Part shown: in pieces, positions 54,374 to 64,000 of the stretch
How positions within the stretch are numbered: position 1 is the stretch's first letter
Layout: every line of letters begins with the position of its first letter
NCBI RefSeq assembly: GCF_001194135.2
Contig: NC_068991.1
Coordinates: 43,918,945 to 43,982,944 of the forward strand
Source of the DNA: Octopus bimaculoides
Taxonomy: Eukaryota
Length of the DNA stretch: 64,000 bases
Reading direction: 5' to 3'
Made by a program: the position numbers and the translations under genes
Notes under the pieces: generated by a model
What the model saw: the letters and a program-made list of their open reading frames with translations, nothing else
The model's database searches: none
What the model was told of the DNA's origin: nothing

Positions 54374-54422
54374 TCGTGACTGAAGATGAGCAAACCAGCT
54401 TGAAACTGAGTCAGTCTTGGGA
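54374..54422 (+). ncRNA. Type I hammerhead motif (stem I partly decayed); second, more decayed copy at 54961-55009
   Basis: UCGUGA-CUGAAGA-U-GAGC-AAACCA-GCUU-GAAA-CUG-AGU-CAG-UC-UUGGGA. Confidence 0.55.
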
Positions 54423-54582
54423 TCCTGTTGTCTGCTGGAGGATGGTAGGGGTTTGCTCCCCTGCTGGTAATGTATATGTACAGGGTGCAGTGCTACACTG
54501 ATAACCAGCTGACAGATGATCTGCCTGGGGTTAAACTAGTAGTAACATAGAACAGCCATTTTGATATGGCAATTAACTTTAC

Positions 54583-54801
54583 AGCAGCGAGCTGGCAGAA
54601 ATGTTAGCACGCCAGGCAAAATGCTTTGCAGTATTTCATCTGCCATTACGTTCTGAGTTCAAATTCCGCCGAGGTCGACTTTGCTTTTCATCCTTTCAGC
54701 GTTGATTAACTGCACTGGGGTTGATGTAATCGACTTAATCCCTTTGTCTGTCCTTGTTTGTCCCCTTTATGTTTAGCCCCCTGTGGGCAATAAAGACATA
54801 A
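54583..54801 (+). mobile_element. SINE family B with 12-bp TSD
   Basis: AATTAACTTTAC at 54571-54582 and 54802-54813. Confidence 0.85.
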
Positions 54802-55196
54802 AATTAACTTTACTTGTTAGTATAGCTACTACTCTCTTCTCTTCTTGAAATTTTACAACTAGCTACTTTGCTTGTTGCAAATCAGTGACTGATGGTCACT
54901 TAGTTTACAATGTATTGCTAGCTGGAGCAGATTTTGGCCACCTCTCTGGCAATCAGGTGTTCACTACTGAAGATGAGCAAACTAGCTTGAAACTAAGTTA
55001 GTCACATGATCCTGTTGTTTGCTGGAGGATGGTAGACAATATATATGTACAGGGTGCAATGCTGCACCAATAACCAGCTGGGGCTAAACTAGTAGTAACA
55101 ATGTGGTGATTAACTTTACTTGTTAGTATAGTTACTACTTACATCTCTTCTTGAGATTTTACAACTAGCTACTTTGCTTATATATATTTCTATATA

Positions 55197-55657
55197 AAGG
55201 TTATGAAGGGTGTTGGAGTCAACCAAACCTTAAAACTTACTTCCTCCCCCCTTCCTTCCTGCCTTAAGGCTTGACCTCTTAATCTTACACACATCTCTCA
55301 CTCGATTCGGACTACCCTTTGAGTGAACAACGCACTGAGTATACTGGATACGATATGACATATATCCACCTTAGTAACTACATTTATCTCCAGAAAATAC
55401 CCACAAGGATTCTTTACATGGATGTCTAATGTTGGAATGGAACTATACTCCAAGTACTTTTTCTTTTTTGTTCTTTCTTCTACGCATCGCTCTCACTTCT
55501 TACTGCAAATCTCCTATTATAGATGTAATAATCCATTCTTCTACTATTACCGTCTCCGATGAAGGGATACATTGGATTTTCCCTGAAACAGCTGTAAGAC
55601 TTTATACATGAAATATAATTCTAACTTTGCCATTGGTCTCTTTATCTTATTCTTTCT
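55197..55657 (+). mobile_element. 461-bp non-coding insertion with a 3' hammerhead motif, flanked by a 19-bp direct repeat
   Basis: TTATATATATTTCTATATA at 55178-55196 and 55658-55676. Confidence 0.6.
55552..55600 (+). ncRNA. Type I hammerhead motif with a CCGAUGA core variant
   Basis: GUCU-CCGAUGA-AGGGA-UACAUUGGAUUU-UCCCU-GAAA-C-AGCU-GUA-AGAC. Stems I, II and III all pair, the stem III loop AGCU is palindromic, and the triplet is GUA. Confidence 0.65.
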
Positions 55658-56057
55658 TTATATATATTTCTATATATATATATATTATGAGGTGAGAGCT
55701 CTAAACAGTGAAAAATATGAATATGCTAACAGCATGTTTGAACTTGTAAACAAGCCATTCACTGTGTTTTGTCATGGAGAAAATTTCTTGCTGTAGACAT
55801 ATGGTGTAAATATACCCAAATCAGCTCACAGCACTGCCTGTGAGATGCAAGCATTTTGGAGTAGTTATCTCCTCTTCAGTCACAGAAACCAGACAAGGGT
55901 GCTGCGAGCTGATAAAAGAGACAATTTCTCTTATGTTTTTCCATTCATCATAGGTTGGCTGGTAGTACAAACCAATGGCACATCGTAATTACGATGAGCC
56001 ATCAATTTACACACACACGTGCACACACACACACACACACATGCACACACACACACA

Positions 56058-56088
<31 letters not shown>

Positions 56089-56843
56089 GCACACACACAA
56101 ACACACCAAGTGTATAAGTCTCTGTTTTGTGTTTGTCTTCCATCCCACGACAACCAGCATTGGTCTATTTTACTTCCCTGTAACTTAGCAAAAAAGACTG
56201 ATAGACTAAGTACCAGACTTGGAAAAGATAATAAATTCTGGAGTTGATGTATTCAACTAAACCCTTCAAGATGGTGTCCTAGCATGGCTGCAGTCTAATG
56301 ACTAAAACCAGTAAAAGAATAAAAGCCATTTGTCAATGTTGAGGCACTGCACTAACACTATTGTCCAGATTGGTTTGTTTTTTTATTTATTTATCCTTTT
56401 TGCAGATAAGTTAGATCATTTAGATATATGATACTTGATATGATAACTTGATTTTCATTTGATTAGTAGTCTATTATTGGACCTCCAATATTTGTTTGCA
56501 TACAAACTGTCTAGAAACATAAAATACACAGGGAATAACTTGATCAGAATATATGACACATTCAGTGGAGGAAAGGAATATTCCACATTTTACAAATTTG
56601 GCACAAAAGCCATTTAAAATTTTCCTAACATATTTTATGAGTTAGTGAATTATTTACAGGCATGGCTGTGTGGTAAGAAGTCTTCTTCCCTACTACATGG
56701 TTCCAGGTTCAGTCCCACAGCATGGTACGTTGGCCAAGAGTCTTCTATTACGTCTTCTAGCCAACCAAAACTTTGTGAGTGGATTTGGTAGATGGAAGTT
56801 GAAAGAATTTCATCATGTGTATGTATGTGAGTGTGTATGTATG

Positions 56844-56900
<57 letters not shown>

Positions 56901-56930
56901 CATAATAATGATAATGATAATAATAATAAA

Positions 56931-57613
56931 NNNNNNNNNNNNNNNNNNNNNNNNNNNNNNNNNNNNNNNNNNNNNNNNNNNNNNNNNNNNNNNNNNNNNN
57001 NNNNNNNNNNNNNNNNNNNNNNNNNNNNNNNNNNNNNNNNNNNNNNNNNNNNNNNNNNNNNNNNNNNNNNNNNNNNNNNNNNNNNNNNNNNNNNNNNNNN
57101 NNNNNNNNNNNNNNNNNNNNNNNNNNNNNNNNNNNNNNNNNNNNNNNNNNNNNNNNNNNNNNNNNNNNNNNNNNNNNNNNNNNNNNNNNNNNNNNNNNNN
57201 NNNNNNNNNNNNNNNNNNNNNNNNNNNNNNNNNNNNNNNNNNNNNNNNNNNNNNNNNNNNNNNNNNNNNNNNNNNNNNNNNNNNNNNNNNNNNNNNNNNN
57301 NNNNNNNNNNNNNNNNNNNNNNNNNNNNNNNNNNNNNNNNNNNNNNNNNNNNNNNNNNNNNNNNNNNNNNNNNNNNNNNNNNNNNNNNNNNNNNNNNNNN
57401 NNNNNNNNNNNNNNNNNNNNNNNNNNNNNNNNNNNNNNNNNNNNNNNNNNNNNNNNNNNNNNNNNNNNNNNNNNNNNNNNNNNNNNNNNNNNNNNNNNNN
57501 NNNNNNNNNNNNNNNNNNNNNNNNNNNNNNNNNNNNNNNNNNNNNNNNNNNNNNNNNNNNNNNNNNNNNNNNNNNNNNNNNNNNNNNNNNNNNNNNNNNN
57601 NNNNNNNNNNNNN
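56931..57613. other. Assembly gap (others: 2611-2824, 22608-23034, 31575-31984, 38606-39091, 49109-49374, 51857-52149, 58656-59420, 62478-63389)
   Basis: Runs of N, mostly flanked by microsatellites or repeats. Confidence 0.99.
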
Positions 57614-57898
57614 GAGGTTTGTAGCCCGCGCTCTTAACCACTACACCATAGGCCCACAGACATATGGCTTAGTGGTTAAGAGCGCAGGCTACTAACCCCA
57701 AGATTCCAAGTTCGATTCCAGGCAGTGACCTGAATAATAATGATAATAACATCAAAAAATACCTTAGGAATGAGAACCCAGATTCAAAATTTCCCCAAGA
57801 CACCTGATGAAGCTAGAGGGTATATCAGCCGAAATGTTGTGTTAACAACAAACAAGATGAGGACAAATATCCATTAATTGTAAATAATGTAAATAATG
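57614..57898 (+). mobile_element. tRNA-headed, hammerhead-tailed SINE-like element (+ copy from about 57658) with an inverted copy head-to-head on its left
   Basis: A box TGGCTTAGTGG (57665), B box AGTTCGATTCC (about 57709), (AAT)n spacer, hammerhead at 57800-57842, and tail TGTAAATAATGTAAATAATG. Confidence 0.75.
57800..57842 (+). ncRNA. Minimal type I hammerhead motif
   Basis: ACAC-CUGAUGA-A-GCU-AGAGGGUAUAUC-AGC-C-GAAA-UGUU-GUGU. Stem I is ACAC/GUGU. Stem III is AAUGUU, probably decayed from palindromic AACGUU. Confidence 0.6.
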
Positions 57899-58475
57899 GT
57901 GTTGGCATGTTTATGTCCCTATAACTTCATGGTGTAGCAAAAGAAACCAATAGAATAAGTACCAGGTTTTAAAAAATAAGTACTGGGATTCATTTTTTTT
58001 ATTAAAATTCTTTAAGGTGGCGCCCCAACTTGGCTGAAGTTTAATGAAAAACAAACAAAAAAAATTTCAATATATTTTTAAGTGAGCTATTATTGCCTAG
58101 TAAGTGTTGATATTTTGAAAAAAGAAGATGACTGGAATTTTTTTGTTATATCTTCTTAATTTATAGCTGGTTTATAAATTTGATTATGAAACTGTAAACA
58201 TTGATTGAAAATTNNNNNNNNNNCTACATAGACATATTATACCTTTTTGGAATCAAGATGATCTCAGGATTGAAAATCTGCCCTTCATTTGGTTCTTGAC
58301 CATCCAGCATTGGGATCTGATTTAAAAGCATTTGGATTGCTATTTCTAACAGCTAAAGCTTGGTTGATTCACACCATCCTGGTGACATTTGTCAGATGAT
58401 GTCAGAGATCAAGAGGGAGATAAAAGATATTCACTTCATTAATTTTACATTAAGATAAGAACTTTGGGACAAATT

Positions 58476-58508
58476 GGGTCCTCATTCTTAATGTATTTTT
58501 CGATGTTG

Positions 58509-58559
<51 letters not shown>

Positions 58560-58655
58560 TCACTGCCTGGAATCGAACTTGGAATCTTGAGGTTTGTAGC
58601 CCGCGCTCTTAACCACTACACCATAGGCCCACAGACATATGGCTTAGTGGTTAAG
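58476..58655 (-). mobile_element. Inverted arm of the same tRNA-headed element plus the start of the + arm, ending at a gap
   Basis: Reverse complement matches 57658-57785. 58589-58655 is identical to 57614-57680. Confidence 0.75.
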
Positions 58656-59795
58656 NNNNNNNNNNNNNNNNNNNNNNNNNNNNNNNNNNNNNNNNNNNNN
58701 NNNNNNNNNNNNNNNNNNNNNNNNNNNNNNNNNNNNNNNNNNNNNNNNNNNNNNNNNNNNNNNNNNNNNNNNNNNNNNNNNNNNNNNNNNNNNNNNNNNN
58801 NNNNNNNNNNNNNNNNNNNNNNNNNNNNNNNNNNNNNNNNNNNNNNNNNNNNNNNNNNNNNNNNNNNNNNNNNNNNNNNNNNNNNNNNNNNNNNNNNNNN
58901 NNNNNNNNNNNNNNNNNNNNNNNNNNNNNNNNNNNNNNNNNNNNNNNNNNNNNNNNNNNNNNNNNNNNNNNNNNNNNNNNNNNNNNNNNNNNNNNNNNNN
59001 NNNNNNNNNNNNNNNNNNNNNNNNNNNNNNNNNNNNNNNNNNNNNNNNNNNNNNNNNNNNNNNNNNNNNNNNNNNNNNNNNNNNNNNNNNNNNNNNNNNN
59101 NNNNNNNNNNNNNNNNNNNNNNNNNNNNNNNNNNNNNNNNNNNNNNNNNNNNNNNNNNNNNNNNNNNNNNNNNNNNNNNNNNNNNNNNNNNNNNNNNNNN
59201 NNNNNNNNNNNNNNNNNNNNNNNNNNNNNNNNNNNNNNNNNNNNNNNNNNNNNNNNNNNNNNNNNNNNNNNNNNNNNNNNNNNNNNNNNNNNNNNNNNNN
59301 NNNNNNNNNNNNNNNNNNNNNNNNNNNNNNNNNNNNNNNNNNNNNNNNNNNNNNNNNNNNNNNNNNNNNNNNNNNNNNNNNNNNNNNNNNNNNNNNNNNN
59401 NNNNNNNNNNNNNNNNNNNNACAGGATAAAAGTTCATCACATACATACGCCAAACAAACTTAATTATCAAATGGCTATTTGTCTCCCCGTTTAGACTCCT
59501 CTGTGCCCATCCCTTACTTGTCTTTTACTGAACAGCCATCTTAAATTTCAATGTGAAAGAGTATGAATAAAATTTTATTTTTTTGTTTTGCATGGATAAA
59601 GCTGAAGTTTCAAATATATGTTTGAAATGAAAAATGTAATTTTTGAAATTTTGTTGGATATTCCATTCTTTCACTGAATGCTTCATATATGTCTGTTCAT
59701 GACTACTTGGGTGCCTAAACTAATTAGTAAAAGTATAGTTCATGCTACCAAGTCATGCTCACTTGTGAGTGATGACTGTGGCTTTTCTTTTAACG

Positions 59796-59843
<48 letters not shown>

Positions 59844-59899
59844 GTGAAAGCGATATTGTTAATGCCCTCAACAACAGCAAAGCTTTCAACCATATCTAA

Positions 59900-60250
59900 T
59901 ATGCAAATCTGTTGAAACTGCCTTCTTATGGCCTCATCTCATGTCTCTTGGATTGATAGCTTCTTATGACCTGTTGCGACATGTGCCAACAGAGCTCTTT
60001 CTGTTCCTTTCTTCTATCAACCTTAGCAATTCAGTTTTGTCCTCCTCACTCTCTTCCTTCTATACATCAATGACCTACATCACATACAACAGTGCTCACT
60101 CTTGTGCAGATGATACTATCCCTCATTCTTTACTAACCTTCCTCAACCATTTATTGTCCTCATGCAACCTGCACACCTCACACGAAACCCACACTGAACA
60201 GGTATCTTGAAAGCGTATTCTAGTGAAGCTATGCCAATTTTGTCTCTTTC
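59900..60250 (+). mobile_element. L2/CR1/Jockey-type RT fragment
   Basis: Frameshifted SVLSSSLFLLYINDL...ADDT motif. Confidence 0.55.
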
Positions 60251-60399
60251 AATAGCAAGAAAACACAAATGGTACTCATGTAATAAAAGTACCATTGCAC
60301 TATATTACATTGTTTTCATGGAAGATTGTTAATGAAGGACTCCACTTATATGACAGTGATACTTGTTTACAGTTATCACCTGCCATTGCTTTCCTACTG

Positions 60400-60780
60400 C
60401 TCAGCAAAGTCTCTGATTTCCAGTTTTTGTGAAATTTATCCTATTTATCCTACCATCATGCTTGTTATTCTCAATTTCTTCTATAGTATCTTAGAATTTA
60501 GTTTATTTACTTTTATACCTACTAGTTGTCACTCATCTGTTGTCATTCTGCTGGATGTATTCAGCCCAATTCCATTTCAGCAACTCTTTATATTTGCTGA
60601 TGTCATTTAGTTTTGTTTGTTCTCAGACCAATTTCATTGTTTTATGGTCTTCCATATTATTTGTGAGCATGTTGAGCTAACAGTTCTTTGTCAGATTCCA
60701 TGTTTCTGCACCATTGTACTTCAATACAACTTCTTTAAAATTATCTAAATTTTTAGCCTCATATTTTGGATTTCTAATAC
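60400..60780 (-). mobile_element. Highly decayed RTE-type LINE C-terminal fragment
   Basis: YNGAETWNLTK ... KWNWAEYIQQNDNR* resembles YGAETW...KWRWAGHIxRxxDNRW. Confidence 0.5.
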
Positions 60781-63700
60781 ACATTCCATTCAGTTCACTC
60801 TCTAAATTTTGCCAGGTGAACTTTTCCTGAATATGCTTATTGTTCCAGACTGGATTTGAATTTAGATCCTTTATTTCTAAACAAAACATATCAACATCCT
60901 TATCCACTAAACCACTGATACAGGTAGAAAATTGGAATTATTATGATAATTTAAATTGTTGCAATACATTATCTCATTTAGATTACTTGTTTATCAATAA
61001 GTACTATTCAGCCTGATCTCTCAGTGGTAGTATTCACTGAATATTATTCATTAATTAATCACCACCTGGAAACAAGTACAGCAACCTAGACTGTGTTGCT
61101 TTCATGCAACAGGTCTCTCATATTGAAGGGAGACCAAGTTTATATTAAGATTTGTATTTTTGAGGCACTGCCAGAGTCCACTATTTGTAGTAGCTGTAAA
61201 ACTTGGTCTCTACAGACTGAAGGCATCCATAATTTGAATATATTTGATGGCTGGTATCTGAGAAGTATATATTGCATATTCATCACTGTGGTCATGTGTG
61301 TGATCTCTAAACATGTTACTTTCATCACTATCATCTATACTCAAACCCATTGTCTCTACTAGATGGTCTGCATGTGTCAACATCCTCTGGACACCTTTAT
61401 TTGTGCTGTTATGAATCTAATCAAATCTGATTAGGTAAAATGTCTATTGTGGGTTGTAGGTGTAGGTCATCAAAGCAGACCTTACATTAATCATTGATCC
61501 AGTCTCTGCTGATAGAACACACATTTTATCTGACTTAACCAGCAATTGTTGGGTATTGTAATTGTTAAGGTGACTGTTTTATCTAAAGATGTTGGCTGAA
61601 CATTTAAGACAACTGTTAATGCAGTGTTAAGCACAAATAAGTACAGTATTGTATATCAGATGTTGGGCATCACAGAGGGGATGACAACAGAGGATTGAGA
61701 CTTCTGGAAGTTTGCTGTGCTTGAGAAGTTATGTCAAGCTAAGTAAATACATGGTCATCCTTGCATACTGGCACGTCCCCTACATCCCTCTTCACCTGAA
61801 CGTTCCTAATCTTGTGGACTTGTGAGTGTTGGTACCACATAAAAATCACCCATGTTGGTGCCACATAAATGTGCCTGTGCTGGTGCTGCACAGAAGCACA
61901 CCTAGTACACTCTGTAAAGTGGTTGGCATTAGGAAGGACATCCAGCTGTAGAAACCATGCCAAATCAGACATGGAACCCAGGCAGCTCTCCAGCTGACCA
62001 GCTCCTGTCAGACCATCCAGCCCATGTCAGCATTGAAAACAGACATTAAATGATAATGATGATGGCCAATGTAATCCCTAGAATATTATTCTAAGTTAAG
62101 CCTTATTCTTTAGCAAATCACAAGCATCTAATAGAGCCAGTGTTTATCTTTGGTTTACATAACATTATGTAGATTAACATGTACCCTAGATAAGGCACAG
62201 GCCTGTTCCAGATGAAAACTTAAACTTGATTCTGCAAACAACAAATTCTTTGTCAATAAAATACCATTACTGTTACTTGCAGCAGAGTTTTATGATTGTA
62301 ACTAGCAGCTAAGCCCAGTTTCACCCTGTCTGTTTGGATGATGTGGCTGTGATCGTTTTCAGTTAGGCATAATCTATAACAGCATTTCTCAACCTTATCA
62401 TTTCGGGTCCCCTGTTTTGATTGGAGTCTCCAGCTGTATGAAAATTTCCTCCCCTCCCCCTGTCAGAAAACGGCTTCNNNNNNNNNNNNNNNNNNNNNNN
62501 NNNNNNNNNNNNNNNNNNNNNNNNNNNNNNNNNNNNNNNNNNNNNNNNNNNNNNNNNNNNNNNNNNNNNNNNNNNNNNNNNNNNNNNNNNNNNNNNNNNN
62601 NNNNNNNNNNNNNNNNNNNNNNNNNNNNNNNNNNNNNNNNNNNNNNNNNNNNNNNNNNNNNNNNNNNNNNNNNNNNNNNNNNNNNNNNNNNNNNNNNNNN
62701 NNNNNNNNNNNNNNNNNNNNNNNNNNNNNNNNNNNNNNNNNNNNNNNNNNNNNNNNNNNNNNNNNNNNNNNNNNNNNNNNNNNNNNNNNNNNNNNNNNNN
62801 NNNNNNNNNNNNNNNNNNNNNNNNNNNNNNNNNNNNNNNNNNNNNNNNNNNNNNNNNNNNNNNNNNNNNNNNNNNNNNNNNNNNNNNNNNNNNNNNNNNN
62901 NNNNNNNNNNNNNNNNNNNNNNNNNNNNNNNNNNNNNNNNNNNNNNNNNNNNNNNNNNNNNNNNNNNNNNNNNNNNNNNNNNNNNNNNNNNNNNNNNNNN
63001 NNNNNNNNNNNNNNNNNNNNNNNNNNNNNNNNNNNNNNNNNNNNNNNNNNNNNNNNNNNNNNNNNNNNNNNNNNNNNNNNNNNNNNNNNNNNNNNNNNNN
63101 NNNNNNNNNNNNNNNNNNNNNNNNNNNNNNNNNNNNNNNNNNNNNNNNNNNNNNNNNNNNNNNNNNNNNNNNNNNNNNNNNNNNNNNNNNNNNNNNNNNN
63201 NNNNNNNNNNNNNNNNNNNNNNNNNNNNNNNNNNNNNNNNNNNNNNNNNNNNNNNNNNNNNNNNNNNNNNNNNNNNNNNNNNNNNNNNNNNNNNNNNNNN
63301 NNNNNNNNNNNNNNNNNNNNNNNNNNNNNNNNNNNNNNNNNNNNNNNNNNNNNNNNNNNNNNNNNNNNNNNNNNNNNNNNNNNNNNNNNATTTATGTTAA
63401 ATTTTTGAAATGCAAATCTGTGAATGAAAATTAAATTCAGACCTCTACATGGTAGGTAGACCTGGTAGAAATAGCAGCCAAATCTCCCTCAAAACACCCT
63501 ACTGTATTAATGCGACAATTCTGCGTATTATATAGTTTGACTGAGAAACTGTAACTAAAGATGAAGATAATTAACCCCTCAAAGAGGTAAAAGAAGAGAG
63601 ACAGCATAGCGAAAGTTTTGGCTGACTGTCATCCTGTAGTCCCCTTGTTGCTGTGTGAGCAACTGGTTGTTTTAATGGCAGAACAAAGAGGGGATTTGCA

Positions 63701-63860
63701 TTAAAAAAAGTTTTAATCGATTTTCTCGGTAAGTATGGGGGCTAGGAAAAAATAGAAGAGGCATTAAGAAGTTGATGTTAAGAATTGCTTTAACAGTTAG
63801 AAAATGTTTGACGAGTTCATGAACTTCGGTTCTTTTCTCTAAATTATATATATATATATG

Positions 63861-64000
63861 CTACAGGCCCACACCCCCAACACCCATACTGTTAGGATTG
63901 GCACTCTCAACGTCGGCACGCTGAAAGGTAGATCTGGTGAAATTGTTGAGATGCTTGAACGGAGATGCGTAGATATGTGCTGCATCCAGGAAGTAAGATG
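63861..64000 (+). mobile_element. Start of an RTE-clade LINE ORF (apurinic endonuclease N-terminus), running off the window
   Basis: VRIGTLNVGTLKGRSGEIVEMLERRCVDMCCIQEVR. Confidence 0.85.

Larger units (their letters stand above)
54368..55179 (+). mobile_element. Tandem hammerhead-bearing non-coding element (about 356-bp unit plus about 225-bp partial), interrupted by a SINE B
   Basis: AGGTGTTC...CTGAAGATGAGCAAAC.AGCTTGAAACT recurs at 54368 and 54955. Removing the SINE and one TSD copy (231 bp) gives a 356-bp period. Confidence 0.7.

Noticed and set aside
62390-62477. Possible hAT MITE left end (CAGCATTTCTCAACC)
   Set aside because: The other end lies in a gap; TIR pairing and TSD cannot be verified.

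Overview
AT-rich, microsatellite-dense, gapped eukaryotic genomic DNA. The SINE families and general texture suggest a coleoid cephalopod such as Octopus, but this is inference. The only host gene I can identify with confidence is XRCC3 (a RAD51 paralog) on the + strand: two phase-1 coding exons at 43990-44127 and 53628-53720 that splice in frame. Its first coding exon and its downstream exons are not visible. The rest is a transposon mosaic: at least three tRNA-derived SINE families, five Tc1/mariner relics (one full length with TIRs), hAT-, piggyBac- and Merlin-like MITEs with intact TSDs, RTE and CR1/L2 LINE fragments, a Gypsy pol relic, a Helitron helicase C-terminus, Penelope-like elements (PLEs) and two U6 snRNA-derived copies. 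The most notable signal is a set of small non-coding elements carrying type I hammerhead ribozyme (HHR) motifs, from four unrelated sequence families (7.6-8.1 kb, 54.4-55.2 kb, 55.2-55.7 kb, 57.6-57.9 kb). One fuses a tRNA-type Pol III head to a hammerhead and sits as a head-to-head palindrome. Four HHR motifs lie in sense orientation downstream of the last visible XRCC3 exon, presumably in an intron. Most ORFs in the supplied track are microsatellite or gap artefacts. All alignments and folds were done by eye; no searches were run.
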